Assembly (NCBI GenBank): GCA_039024555.1
Contig: JBCCQQ010000004.1
Location: forward strand, 96,001-160,000
Direction of reading: 5' to 3'
Source: Cyanobacteria bacterium P01_D01_bin.156
Lineage (GTDB): Bacteria > Cyanobacteriota > Cyanobacteriia > Phormidesmidales > Phormidesmidaceae
DNA: 64,000 nucleotides
Shown here: piece after piece, positions 10,004-20,533 of the stretch
How the letters are laid out: every line of letters starts with the position of its first letter
Position numbering within the stretch: position 1 is the stretch's first letter
Made by a program: the position numbers and the translations under genes
The notes under the pieces: model-generated
Told to the model about the DNA's origin: nothing
The model's input: only the letters and a program-made list of their open reading frames with translations
Databases searched by the model: none

Positions 10004-10521
10004 CTATGGGCAGCTAAACCATAAAGTTCAAGGGTCTGGGCATAGTAATCATCAGTAAAGCCCAGAGACTGCAGGTTTAAACGGGCCATGACTCGTTGAG
10101 AGCGAATGTTATCCGCCATGGTGACCGCGTAAATGGTCTCTAATCCCACTGCTGTAAATCCGTAGTGCAGGATGGTTCGGGCTGCTTCGGCAGCATAGCC
10201 ATACCCCCAGCTGGCGGGACGAAAATGCCAGCCAATTTGAATGTTTTCGCTGTAGGTTTTGTCTCGTTTAGGCAACGGTACCAGCAATATATTCCCAATT
10301 ACCCGATCAATGGCTTTGTCTACAAAGGCCCAAACACCTAAGCCATCTTGAGTGCGATCGCAATAACGCATCAGCCGCTCTTGGGTCATTTGAATAGATC
10401 GGTCTGTATCCTCTGACAACCAGCGTGTAACCCGTGGATCGCTGTATATGTCAAATGCCTGTTGAGCATCGTAAATCGGTTGCCAATTACGGATAATTAA
10501 GCGATCAGTTGTCAGTCGCAT
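9937..10521 (-). CDS. GNAT family N-acetyltransferase (RimJ/RimL-like)
   Basis: LTTDRLIIR, IGW, WGYGYAAEAA, NIRSQRVM motifs; 3' end overlaps the convergent binding-protein gene. Confidence 0.85.
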   Translation of the reverse strand: MRLTTDRLIIRNWQPIYDAQQAFDIYSDPRVTRWLSEDTDRSIQMTQERLMRYCDRTQDGLGVWAFVDKAIDRVIGNILLVPLPKRDKTYSENIQIGWHFRPASWGYGYAAEAARTILHYGFTAVGLETIYAVTMADNIRSQRVMARLNLQSLGFTDDYYAQTLELYGLAAHSYSSGQLSSMADKTVSMSVPLT

Positions 10522-10650
10522 AGAAGCACAAAATGATAACGATAGCTGTTTGTCGAGCAGTAATGGACCACATTTTAGCGACACAAGATTAAGACGAACT
10601 GCCGAATTTAGTAATTGTTGAAGATTTAAAGCATTCTCAAACAGTTTGAC

Positions 10651-10827
10651 GATTCACAGCTCACCGTTTCAACCCAACCCTTTAAAGTTGACGGTCCAGT
10701 GGTCTGTTAGGATTCAATTTTCAGGTTTAAGAGACGATTGACAGTATGGCTGTCACAGTTGAAACGCTACTCACTACTCATGATTCACTGCTTACCCTCC
10801 CAACCCGAATATTTAAAGTTGACAGTC
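10651..10827. repeat. Diverged 46-bp direct repeat, two copies 131 bp apart
   Basis: 10651-10696 vs 10782-10827: 36/46 identical without gaps, exact core TTTAAAGTTGAC. Confidence 0.7.
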
Positions 10828-10829
10828 TA

Positions 10830-11240
10830 CTAGGAGCGGTTAACTAAGGGCCAGAGGGGATGGGACTCTCCCTGACGACGAATTTTAGCAAGCTGAGCTT
10901 CTAAACGTCTGCGTTCAAAGGGAGAAAGCCCTAGGGTAAGATGACGCAGCTCTCGAACAACAAGCATGCTGGCCAAACCAATGCAGAAGAAAAAGCCCAC
11001 TGCCCCGAGAAAGTTATACTTCAAACCATAGTAAACAGCCGTCCAAGTGAAATAGTCCACCAACAAACTGATTTCACGTCGCAACTGCCATAGGGTCAGG
11101 GGACCTACCGTTAACCATACGGCAACCGTAAGCCGCCACCAAAGGGTGAGCGTATGCTGCCGCAGTGCCTCAATAGCGCGCTCCGTCGCAATGTTTGAAT
11201 ATTGACTATCAATATGGCGAGAACTCTTAGAAGACGTCAC
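10830..11240 (-). CDS. Hypothetical membrane protein
   Basis: 136 aa, two TM segments, YFTW and G.SHPLW motifs; downstream of secF. Confidence 0.75.
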   Translation of the reverse strand: MTSSKSSRHIDSQYSNIATERAIEALRQHTLTLWWRLTVAVWLTVGPLTLWQLRREISLLVDYFTWTAVYYGLKYNFLGAVGFFFCIGLASMLVVRELRHLTLGLSPFERRRLEAQLAKIRRQGESHPLWPLVNRS

Positions 11241-11378
11241 GGCTTATCTCATGTCCGTTTTTTCTAGCTTAGCGCTGAGATGAAATTACTGCCGATGCTC
11301 GGGATGACTTTAGTCTTCAAATTCTTCACCTTGCAAGGGTTGACAGCTCGTTTCATCATCTAAATCAGAACCGAAAAA

Positions 11379-12332
11379 CTACTCGGCTGCCGGTTCCGGT
11401 GTCTCAGTCATAGGATTAGACCGATCCCGCCACCAGGCCAAAAGCGTACTCGCAATAAAAATACTGGAATAGGCTCCTGCTACAAATCCAACGATCAGAG
11501 CCAGCGCAAAGAACTTAAGCGTATCGCCCCCAAAAATAACAATGGCTACTAGCGGAAGCACCGTCGTCATTGTGGTGTTAATGGAGCGCCCCAGGGTCTG
11601 ATTGACCGCATCATTAACGACTTCGGTTACCCCCTGTTCCGGCATCAACTTAAAGTTCTCTCGAATCCGGTCATAAATAACCACAGTATCGTTCACAGAG
11701 AAACCCACAATGGTGAGTAAAGCCACAATAAACAAACTATCGGCCTCATACCCTAAAGCCAGACCCAAAATAGAAAAGATACCTAACGTGATGAGAACAT
11801 CATGAATCAGCGCCAGTAGCGCCAGCACCGCATAGTCAAACTTAAACCGCAGACTTAAATAAACGGTAATGCCTGCAAAAGCAACTAGAAGAGAAAGCAA
11901 CCCAGCCACAAGCAACTGTTTACCAATGGTAGGGCCGACCACATCAATCTTTGAGGCTGTGGGATCCACCGCCCCCAAGTTCTCCTCTAGGGCAGCTCGC
12001 AGGGTACTCTGCTCATCCACACTTAAATCGCGAGTACGAATGGCCAGAGCCTGCCCTGAATCGCCCACCAGCTGAACACTGCTGCCCTCCAGACCTTGCC
12101 CATCTAGAATGGTGCGAATATCGATAATATCAATAGGATTTTCACAGGCGGCGGCATCGGCACAGCTACGTTCTATCTGCAGTCGGGTACCACCCACAAA
12201 ATCTAACCCTGGTTTAACGGGGCCCTTAAACTGGGTCCATGAGAATGCCATGGCAGCAATGCTGACAACAATCAGAAGACTAGAAACCAGCCACCAAGTG
12301 CCCCGTTGTTTAACAATGTTTAGTTTCATCAT
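11379..12332 (-). CDS. secF: Protein translocase subunit SecF
   Basis: [38 protein letters not shown]. Confidence 0.97.
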   Translation of the reverse strand: MMKLNIVKQRGTWWLVSSLLIVVSIAAMAFSWTQFKGPVKPGLDFVGGTRLQIERSCADAAACENPIDIIDIRTILDGQGLEGSSVQLVGDSGQALAIRTRDLSVDEQSTLRAALEENLGAVDPTASKIDVVGPTIGKQLLVAGLLSLLVAFAGITVYLSLRFKFDYAVLALLALIHDVLITLGIFSILGLALGYEADSLFIVALLTIVGFSVNDTVVIYDRIRENFKLMPEQGVTEVVNDAVNQTLGRSINTTMTTVLPLVAIVIFGGDTLKFFALALIVGFVAGAYSSIFIASTLLAWWRDRSNPMTETPEPAAE

Positions 12333-12334
12333 AG

Positions 12335-13759
12335 TTATCCGTTAGAGGGCAGCTCGGTATTAAGGCTAGGTGAAAAGTATCCCACCTTCCGAAATTGAGG
12401 AAAGCTAATCACAAAGAACAAGAGATTACGCGTGCAGGTAAATGCAGTAAACAAACTAACGGCCACACCAACAGCAAGCGTCAGGGCAAATCCCTTAACG
12501 AGACCGGCACCAAACCAGAACAAGGCAGCACAGGCAATAATCGTGGTTACATTACTGTCGAGAATACTGGAAAATGCCCGATAAAAGCCTGATTCGACAG
12601 AACGATAGAGGGTTTTTCCGGCCCGCAGTTCCTCGCGGGTACGTTCAAAGATAAGCACATTGGCATCAACCGCCATACCAATGCTCAGAATAAACCCAGC
12701 AATACCCGGCAGAGTCATCGTGACACCCAAAATGTTATAGGCGGCCCAGGTGAGTAGGGCGTAAACCACGAGAGCGATATCGGCAAGAATCCCAGGTAGC
12801 CGATAGTACACAGCCATAAAAACAAGTACTAGAACAAGACCGACAATGCCAGCATAGAGACTGCGCTGGATGCTATCGCGGCCCAAAGTTGCGCCCACGG
12901 TACGATTTTCAACAACTTCTACAGGAACCGGTAATGCCCCACCTCGCAGTTGAATTTCTAAATCCCTAGCGGCTTCGGCATTGAAGCTACCGGAGATCGT
13001 TGCACTATTGCCAGGTATGCCGGTAGCCGCGTACTGCACATCAACTGTTGGGGCACTAATTAGGCGATTGTCAAGAAAAATACCCAAGACTCGACCTGTA
13101 CCGGCAATATTGCGAGTCATTTCAGTAAAGAGATTGCCACCTTCGTTATTGAAATAGATAGAAACCTGCCATGACTGACTTGTACCAATAGGACTTGCTA
13201 AAGCATCGGTCAGCTTGTCGCCCTTAAGGTCGGTGTCGTCAAACAGCTCAAGCAGGGTTTCTCGACTAGATCGAAGATTGGATGTGATTTGTTCTAGCTC
13301 AGCTAATTGATCATCGGTAATGTTTTCACTACCGACAGCAAGAATTGTTGCCTGTTGAACTTCTTGTTGATTGATAATGTCCGAAATGGCTCTTAGCTCA
13401 CCTTCGGTGTCCGGTTTTTGGGATCGAAACTCCAGCTGAGCAGTACCGCCCAAAACCCGCTGGGCCTGGCCAGGGTCGCTGACGCCAGGTAACTGAATCA
13501 ATAATTGATCTTGACCAGAGGTTTGTACAATCGCTTCGGAAACCCCTAGGCCATTGACTCGGTTTTCAATCACCCGTTGAACGGCTTCGAGTTCGCGTTC
13601 AGAGATGCGGGGAATCTCCTCGTTGGTTAGGACCTGGAGAGTCAACTGCGACCCCCCGCGCAGATCGAGGCCTAACTGGGTAGGTAGTTGGATAATGGTA
13701 AATATGGCTGCGATCGCAAGCGCCACAATCACCACCAACATCGAGCGCTGTTTACCCAT
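12335..13759 (-). CDS. secD: Protein translocase subunit SecD
   Basis: [36 protein letters not shown]. Confidence 0.97.
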   Translation of the reverse strand: MGKQRSMLVVIVALAIAAIFTIIQLPTQLGLDLRGGSQLTLQVLTNEEIPRISERELEAVQRVIENRVNGLGVSEAIVQTSGQDQLLIQLPGVSDPGQAQRVLGGTAQLEFRSQKPDTEGELRAISDIINQQEVQQATILAVGSENITDDQLAELEQITSNLRSSRETLLELFDDTDLKGDKLTDALASPIGTSQSWQVSIYFNNEGGNLFTEMTRNIAGTGRVLGIFLDNRLISAPTVDVQYAATGIPGNSATISGSFNAEAARDLEIQLRGGALPVPVEVVENRTVGATLGRDSIQRSLYAGIVGLVLVLVFMAVYYRLPGILADIALVVYALLTWAAYNILGVTMTLPGIAGFILSIGMAVDANVLIFERTREELRAGKTLYRSVESGFYRAFSSILDSNVTTIIACAALFWFGAGLVKGFALTLAVGVAVSLFTAFTCTRNLLFFVISFPQFRKVGYFSPSLNTELPSNG

Positions 13760-13859
13760 GGCCGTTCTCCATTCTATCCATACACCAGTTTATGTAAGCG
13801 TTCCAACAGGACATCCTAGTATAGGATGCCACTGATACCCCAGAATTCTCGACAAAAGT

Positions 13860-13895
13860 AAAAAAAGCGCGGAAGCCCCTTAGCCTCCGACGCTT
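13860..13895 (-). terminator. Possible terminator after pdhB
   Basis: A-run then imperfect AAGCGCGGAAGC/GCCTCCGACGCTT hairpin. Confidence 0.45.
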
Positions 13896-13915
13896 CGTTG
13901 ATATGTTCTGAGCAG

Positions 13916-14899
13916 CTACACCCGAGCAGTCATCATCTTTTCAACCGCTTCAACAATTTGTTTAGGTTGCACAATCGTCAAACTTTCCAATCGGCCATTG
14001 TAGGGCGTAGGAATGTCCTGAGACGACAGACGCATAACTGGCGCATCAAGCTCATCAAAGAACCGATCGTTAATAGAAGCGATAATTTCTGCCGCAATCC
14101 CCCCGGTCCGCATACACTCTTCCACAATAATGACTCGGTGGGTCTTACGAAGAGACTGACCAATAGTGTCGTAATCGATGGGCTTAAGAGAGATTAAATC
14201 AATGACTTCAGGATCAAATCCTTGCGCTTCAATCGCTTTAACCGCCTGCAGTACATGATGGCGCATCCGAGAATAGGTCAAAATTGTGACATCCTTACCA
14301 GGACGCACCACATCAGCCTTGTCTAACGGCACCAAATATTCATCATCAGGCAAATCCTCTTTCAAGTTGTAGAGCAGCACATGCTCAAAAAAGAGGACAG
14401 GATTTTTATCTCGAATTGCGGACTTAAGCAATCCCTTAGCATTGTGAGGTGTTGAGCAGGCCACAATTTTCAACCCAGGCACCGCCTGAAAATAAGCCTC
14501 CAAGCGCTGGGAGTGCTCTGCCCCTAGCTGCCGACCCACACCACCAGGGCCGCGAATCACCATCGGAATATGATAGTTGCCACCGGAAGTATAGGGCAAC
14601 ATGCCGGCATTGTTGGCAATCTGGTTAAAGGCCAACAGCAAAAAGCCCATATTCATGCCTTCAACAATGGGTCTTAGTCCGGTCATGGCTGCCCCCACTG
14701 CCATTCCCGTAAAGCTATTTTCAGCAATGGGAGTATCAAGTACCCTCAGAGGTCCATATTTCTCATACAGTCCCTTAGTAACTTTATAGGAACCACCATA
14801 GTGACCCACGTCTTCACCCAAAACAAAGACGGTTTCGTCCCGGGCCATTTCTTCATCCACTGCTTCTCGCAGGGCATTAAATAAAACTGTTTCTGCCAT
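13916..14899 (-). CDS. pdhB: Pyruvate dehydrogenase E1 beta subunit
   Basis: [30 protein letters not shown]. Confidence 0.97.
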   Translation of the reverse strand: MAETVLFNALREAVDEEMARDETVFVLGEDVGHYGGSYKVTKGLYEKYGPLRVLDTPIAENSFTGMAVGAAMTGLRPIVEGMNMGFLLLAFNQIANNAGMLPYTSGGNYHIPMVIRGPGGVGRQLGAEHSQRLEAYFQAVPGLKIVACSTPHNAKGLLKSAIRDKNPVLFFEHVLLYNLKEDLPDDEYLVPLDKADVVRPGKDVTILTYSRMRHHVLQAVKAIEAQGFDPEVIDLISLKPIDYDTIGQSLRKTHRVIIVEECMRTGGIAAEIIASINDRFFDELDAPVMRLSSQDIPTPYNGRLESLTIVQPKQIVEAVEKMMTARV

Positions 14900-14945
14900 C
14901 AGATACCTATGAATAATGTGCTAACTGCGATCGGTTAAATATTGA

Positions 14946-15974
14946 CTACTCTTCAGCAAAGATGTAGCGGTATAGCTCATCGGGAGAAGGTTCAGGACTG
15001 GCCTCAGCAAATTTCACAGCCTCTTCCACATGGGCCTCAATGCGCTTTTTAATCGCCTTAAGCTCAGCATCATTGGCTAAATTTTGCTCGATTAAATAGG
15101 CTTCCATACGCGTGAGCGGATCGCGCGCTTGCCATTCATCCTTCTCAGATTTGGAACGCAGTTCATCAGGATCTGCCAAGGAGTGGCCCCGGAATCGATA
15201 GGTGAGACATTCAATCAGTGTCGGTCCTTCTCCAGCACGGGCTCGAGCAACCGCCTGCTGAGCTACATCCCGAACAGCCAGCACATCCATACCGTCTACT
15301 TCATACCCCGGTATGCCAAACACGCTAGCCTTGCGGTAGATTTCCGTCTGCGAAGAAGCTCGTTCGTGGGCCATACCAATCGCCCACTTATTATTTTCCA
15401 CAACAAATAGAATAGGCAGCTTCCACAACGCTGCCATATTCAAACACTCAAAGAACTGACCATTATTGGTGGTGCCATCCCCAAAGAATGCAGCCGTCAC
15501 CTGGTCAGCAGAGGCATCCCCCAAAGCATCGCGGCGGTAACGAGACTGAAATGCCGCTCCTAGGGCGACGGGTATCCCTTCTCCAATAAAGGCAAAACCA
15601 CCCAGCAAATTGTGCTCTTTGGAGAACATGTGCATGGAGCCGCCCCGGCCCTTACTGCAGCCGGTTTCTTTACCAAAAAGTTCTGCCATTACGGCATTGG
15701 CTGGGACACCAGCACTTAGGGCATGAACATGGTCACGATAGGTACTGCAGACAAAATCATCGGGGCGCATAGATTTAATAACCCCGGTAGATACGGCCTC
15801 TTGGCCGTTGTAAAGATGCACAAAGCCAAACATCTTGCCTCGGTAGTACATTTCGGCACATTTGTCCTCAAAGTACCGGCCCAGAACCATATCTTCGTAT
15901 AGCCTCAGGCCCTCTTGCTTATCAATCTTTGCTGAAGTCGCTTGAAATGTTGGTAATGTCCTTTCCTGAACCAT
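14946..15974 (-). CDS. pdhA: Pyruvate dehydrogenase E1 alpha subunit
   Basis: [24 protein letters not shown] motif, [12 protein letters not shown]; start MVQER at 15974. Confidence 0.97.
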   Translation of the reverse strand: MVQERTLPTFQATSAKIDKQEGLRLYEDMVLGRYFEDKCAEMYYRGKMFGFVHLYNGQEAVSTGVIKSMRPDDFVCSTYRDHVHALSAGVPANAVMAELFGKETGCSKGRGGSMHMFSKEHNLLGGFAFIGEGIPVALGAAFQSRYRRDALGDASADQVTAAFFGDGTTNNGQFFECLNMAALWKLPILFVVENNKWAIGMAHERASSQTEIYRKASVFGIPGYEVDGMDVLAVRDVAQQAVARARAGEGPTLIECLTYRFRGHSLADPDELRSKSEKDEWQARDPLTRMEAYLIEQNLANDAELKAIKKRIEAHVEEAVKFAEASPEPSPDELYRYIFAEE

Positions 15975-16504
15975 TGGCTCGTCAATCGCCTCGCCGCAAC
16001 ACAAACTATGATTATTCCAAAAAAATGATCACTTCATGATCATCTTTGGAGGTACGCACACGCTCATTGGTCTACTTATGTAGACTCGACCGACCATAAT
16101 TTTAGACGACAACACACCATTCCAAGCGCGTTATGTCCATATAGGGTCTGCAAATGTTCAATGAATATTCAATTAGATTAAGTTGATGATAAAGATACAT
16201 GGGTAGGCTCTATCATGGCTGGCCAAGTGCCAATCTCGTCAAATGTTGCTGATAAGTGTGTCATCGAGCAAATGTAATCAGAAATTGACTCATTCCATCC
16301 CTAATCGAGCGCCTGAAAACCTTGATTTCTTGCTTTAGGCTTTCAAATATCAGCATTTCATAGCTATTATGTATGCGGTTTTTAGTAGGCCATCATTTTT
16401 TCAAAACGGATTCGGTACTATCTGGCCATTACTGGTGTTTATGTATCGAGCTCTAAGTCAGCCAAGACTCAATTTAAGTCAACTTAAGCGCTAAGGAAGG
16501 CACT

Positions 16505-18574
16505 GTGCAAATTCCGCTAGATTATTACCGAATCCTGGGGCTACCCATACAAGCGACAGCGGAACAACTGGAGCAAGCTCACCGTGACCGCATTCTACAG
16601 CTTCCCCGACGGGAATATTCAGACCTTGCTATTCAGTCACGGAAGCAGCTGATAGATATTGCCTACAGTGCGTTAGAAAATTCTAGTCAGCGCCGCGACT
16701 ACGATACTCAACTCATCGCAGCAAGTGGACCAACGGGCTCTGCTCCAGTCACCATCGATATCTATGATGGGCAAGTCATTGGTGCCTTGTTGATTTTGTT
16801 AGAGCTAGGAGAATACGAGCTCGTTATTCGCCATGGGCGGCCTTACTTGAGCAGTGGCTCTGACCAGCTCCAAGGAGCCGGTGAAGCGTTGGCTGATGTC
16901 GTGTTAACCATTGGCTTGGCCTGTTTGGAGCTAGGACGTGAGCAATGGCAGCAGCATCAATATGAAAATGCTGCCGAGTCCTTGGAAACTGGCCATGAAC
17001 TGATGGTTAAGGAAAACCTATTTCCAGCGGTTCAGGCTGAAATTCAAGCTGACTTGGACAAACTCAAGCCCTACCGAATCCTTGAGCTTGTGGCGCGTCC
17101 TTTAAACGATAAGGCGGCACGTAGACAAGGCATAGAGTTACTCAAGGCCATGCTGGCCCAGCGCGGGGGAATTGATGGGGCTTATGACGATGCTTCGGGT
17201 CTCAATGTTGAAGATTTTTTGCGCTTTGTACAGCAGTTGCGCAGCTATCTAACTTCGGCAGAACAGCAGGAAATTTTTGAAGTAGAAGCCCAGCGCCCTT
17301 CATCTGTCGGGGTTTATTTATCGGTGTATGCCCTATTGGCGCGAGGGTTTGCTAAGCATCAACCCAGCCTAGTACACCAAGCTAAACAACGGTTATCATC
17401 CTTGACAGAGCGTCAGGATGTTTATCTTGAGCAAGCTGTATGTGCCGTCCTTCTGGGGCAAACCGAAGAGGCCACCTATGCCCTAGAGCGAAGCCATGAG
17501 CGGGACCCGATCTCTTTTATTAGGGAAAATTCTGCTGGAGCACCGGACTTATTACCGGGTTTGTGCCTTTACACTGAGCGTTGGCTACAGCAAGACGTTT
17601 TTCCATTTTTTAGGGACCTAGATCAAAGTCACGTCACCCTTAAACATTACTTTGCCAATGAACAGGTGCAAGCCTACCTAGAGGCCATGCCTTCTGAAAA
17701 TTCTGTAACCCCAGGTACCCAGTGGGGGGGTACAGATTATGGCAGTAGCACGCCAAGTAGTTACAAACGTCCATCTATAGGGGCCGCAGGTGCAGCTTTT
17801 GGTGCCGCCGGGACAGCTGTGGCAGCGGGTGCGGCAACGGGTCTAGGAGCAGCAACGGCCCCCCCACCACGCCCTAGATATACTGCTGAGCAGGTGTCGG
17901 ACCTCTCACCCGAGGGCTCTCTCGGCGAAGCCAGTATTAGCTCGACTGTAGCCTTTGAGGATGACACCAACACCAGCCCATCACGGAGACGTTCCTCTGC
18001 GCCCAAGTGGGGACGGCTGGCATTGGTGTTCTTACTGGGCCTTCTAGGTCTGGGAATACTAGGATTTATCGTGGCTCAGCTATTAGGCTGGCTGGGAGGC
18101 CTGTTCAGTGGGCCACAGCTCCAGGGTGATCCGCTGGATGTAGATGTATCTCGGCCTGCTATTGAGCTACCGGAAGAAAGTACTCAGCCTTTGCCTACCG
18201 GCATTCAGGAAATTGCCGAAACCACAATTCAGTCCTGGTATCAGGCAAAATCTGAGGCCATGGGACCTCAGTGGAATGCAGATGCGCTTTCAGAGATTTT
18301 GCTGGAACCGGCTTTAGCAGAGTGGATTGGCCGAGTTGAAAAGAATCAGGCAGACGGTGTACACGTTGAATATCAGCAAACTATTCAAAATCTAACCGCT
18401 GAAGAAATTACTGAAGACCAAATCAAGGTTACAGCTGATGTGGATGAAACAGCTGAGGCTTATCAGTTTGGACTGTTAAGTGATGAAGCCTCCTATGAAG
18501 AACAATTAACGGTGGAATATACCCTCCAAAAGCAGGATGATAAGTGGATGATCGAATCCTTTGTTGTTCAGTAG
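16505..18574 (+). CDS. ftn2: Cell division protein Ftn2/ZipN (ARC6 homologue)
   Basis: IPLDYYRILG J-like N-terminus, DLLPGLC.Y.ERWL..VFP.F.DL, one TM segment, C-terminal IMS/DUF4101-type domain. Confidence 0.9.
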   Translation: MQIPLDYYRILGLPIQATAEQLEQAHRDRILQLPRREYSDLAIQSRKQLIDIAYSALENSSQRRDYDTQLIAASGPTGSAPVTIDIYDGQVIGALLILLELGEYELVIRHGRPYLSSGSDQLQGAGEALADVVLTIGLACLELGREQWQQHQYENAAESLETGHELMVKENLFPAVQAEIQADLDKLKPYRILELVARPLNDKAARRQGIELLKAMLAQRGGIDGAYDDASGLNVEDFLRFVQQLRSYLTSAEQQEIFEVEAQRPSSVGVYLSVYALLARGFAKHQPSLVHQAKQRLSSLTERQDVYLEQAVCAVLLGQTEEATYALERSHERDPISFIRENSAGAPDLLPGLCLYTERWLQQDVFPFFRDLDQSHVTLKHYFANEQVQAYLEAMPSENSVTPGTQWGGTDYGSSTPSSYKRPSIGAAGAAFGAAGTAVAAGAATGLGAATAPPPRPRYTAEQVSDLSPEGSLGEASISSTVAFEDDTNTSPSRRRSSAPKWGRLALVFLLGLLGLGILGFIVAQLLGWLGGLFSGPQLQGDPLDVDVSRPAIELPEESTQPLPTGIQEIAETTIQSWYQAKSEAMGPQWNADALSEILLEPALAEWIGRVEKNQADGVHVEYQQTIQNLTAEEITEDQIKVTADVDETAEAYQFGLLSDEASYEEQLTVEYTLQKQDDKWMIESFVVQ

Positions 18575-18667
18575 ATTTATTAATGTCGCAAGACCTTGTA
18601 GGTTATATCCGCAAGATACTGAACCCAGCGAGTTGTAAAATCACTTTGCATTCCAAATCAGCGACAG

Positions 18668-19333
18668 TTGCTACCCCATTACAAAGCTAAACAGGTATCC
18701 GTTAATCGTCGTCGCCATTACGAGGTTGAGGGACAACGTTTTCCAGGAGTAACCACGATTTTGTCTGCCACAAAACCACGAGAAGCTAAAGAGCGACTGT
18801 GGCGCTGGCGAGAGCGCATCGGTTCTGAAGAAGCTAACCGCATCACGGCTAAAGCTTCCCGATCCGGTACCCGTATTCACAAAGTGATCAAGGCCTATTT
18901 GCGTCAGGAAGATTGGGCACTGCCAGAAGGAACAGAAGGATTTTGGACATCCATTGAACCAGTACTTAAGGAGATAAACCAGGTTTTATTGGTCGAAGGG
19001 GCCGTGTGGCACCCGCTAAAATTTGCCGGCTATCCCGATGCCCTAATGGTGTATGACGGGCAACTGCTGATATGTGACTGGAAAACAGCTCGACGGCCTA
19101 AGCAAGCGGAGTGGATTGAGGATTATTTTTTACAGGTAGCGGCCTACTGCTGGGCCGTGAACTGGGTATACCGTGACCACGATATTACGGTAGAACGAGC
19201 TATGGTTGCGATCGCGCTAGAAGACCACCCAGCTCAGCTTTTTAAGCTAGAGCCCGATCAACTGAATCAGCACTGGAGACAATTTCAGCAAAGGCTGCAT
19301 CAGTATTATCGTTTTCACGCTCCAGCCACCTAA
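18668..19333 (+). CDS. PD-(D/E)XK family exonuclease (RecB/MGME1-like)
   Basis: PGVTTIL, GT.IH, E..V, G.PD, DWKT, QVAAY motifs. Confidence 0.85.
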   Translation: MLPHYKAKQVSVNRRRHYEVEGQRFPGVTTILSATKPREAKERLWRWRERIGSEEANRITAKASRSGTRIHKVIKAYLRQEDWALPEGTEGFWTSIEPVLKEINQVLLVEGAVWHPLKFAGYPDALMVYDGQLLICDWKTARRPKQAEWIEDYFLQVAAYCWAVNWVYRDHDITVERAMVAIALEDHPAQLFKLEPDQLNQHWRQFQQRLHQYYRFHAPAT

Positions 19334-19563
19334 AATCAGGGCTTTCTCTATTGCCCAAAGCAAATTAACGACTTTGCCACATTCTGACTTCTACGCGTAT
19401 TTGCTGAGATATACTGCCAAATTGACCGTAGTTAAGGCCATCAGAGCCGCGGCACTTAACACTCCTTTAATTACGACTAGAGAGAATTTGCTATACTTCG
19501 TTCGGTCAAATTTGATACGAGCACACGTTTTTCCTGTAGTTATCGCTTTTAAGGAGCTTTATT

Positions 19564-19911
19564 ATGGCCTATCTAATTCCGTTTATCGTTACCTGGTTGA
19601 TTACAACTATTGCCCTTGTAATCATCACCTTTCTACCCACTGGGGTCGAATCCGATAGCTTTGGCAAGACTGCTATTACAGCCTTAGTATTTGGTGTGCT
19701 AAACGGTATTGTTGGCATCATAGCCGGTCTACCAATCCTAGGGGGGTTGGTTTGGCTAGTCACCCTAGGAGGACTGCTACTTAACCTGGTTTTGTTTGGT
19801 CTGTCTGCCAAGCTAGTAGAGGGCTTCCGACTACGCTGGGGTGTCTGGAGTGCCATTATTGGTTCTTTTTTGCTCTCCGTCATCACATCTGTCCTGAGCG
19901 CCATCATCTAA
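19564..19911 (+). CDS. 4-TM phage-holin-family (YvlD-like) membrane protein
   Basis: AAGGAG RBS; TA.AL...PTGVE.DSF..A...A.V.G..N and GF....G.WSA..G pattern. Confidence 0.8.
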   Translation: MAYLIPFIVTWLITTIALVIITFLPTGVESDSFGKTAITALVFGVLNGIVGIIAGLPILGGLVWLVTLGGLLLNLVLFGLSAKLVEGFRLRWGVWSAIIGSFLLSVITSVLSAII

Positions 19912-20060
19912 CTAATAGCGCTTTGAATCATCCTTATTCCTAGGATCGGCAGTTTAATGATGTACCGATTTATCCCCTCTGGGGAGGGGACAGAATAGCT
20001 CACTTTGCTTCAAGCAAAATTATGGACGTTATTAAATCCTGATTCCTTAGGAACCGATTC

Positions 20061-20152
20061 AGCTGTTGCTGATTTTTTGGATGACCGAGCAGATGAACCA
20101 GCCTTATCACCCCCTTTTCTAGGCAAATTCATACCGATAAATCAGCAACGCC
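20061..20152. repeat. Palindromic dispersed repeat (MITE-like), copy 2
   Basis: AGCTGTTGCTGAT..GGATGA ... TCATACC..ATCAGCAACGCC. Confidence 0.7.
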
Positions 20153-20168
20153 CCATATCAATACATTT

Positions 20169-20201
20169 TTAAAAAAGGAGCGATCTACGCTCCTTTTTTA
20201 A
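20169..20201. terminator. Bidirectional-type rho-independent terminator
   Basis: TTAAAAAAGGAGCG-atcta-CGCTCCTTTTTTAA. Confidence 0.75.
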
Positions 20202-20533
20202 TGGGTCTGTTTCTATCCCGTCAAAATACAGGTACTTGCTAAAGCTTGACAACACAACAGCCGTATTTATTACAGACTGCTGCGGACTTTGACATGTAGC
20301 TTAGAAACGGTCAGATACCAACAGGGATAAATAAGTTCAACTTAACTAACGTGAAATTCAAATTTTTTTGTATTTTTCCATACTATGATGAAGATATTTA
20401 GCGTGGAGCGTCAGCTGTTAAAGGTACTGAGTGCTATTCACGTTGCTTAGGGCGAAGGCTGATGATGATACTCGTCCAACCCAGGTGTCACTGTGCCTTC
20501 TTGACTGAGCGTTTGCTTAGGAGATGAAGATGT

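Noticed and set aside
19374..19907. Overlapping ORFs 19374-19658 (+) and 19569-19907 (-)
   Set aside because: Shadows of the holin-family gene, which has a clear RBS and family pattern.
18668..19911. Phage-like exonuclease next to a holin-family gene as a possible prophage or Cas4 locus
   Set aside because: No integrase, structural, lysin or cas genes and no repeat array; the nuclease lacks the Cas4 cysteine cluster.
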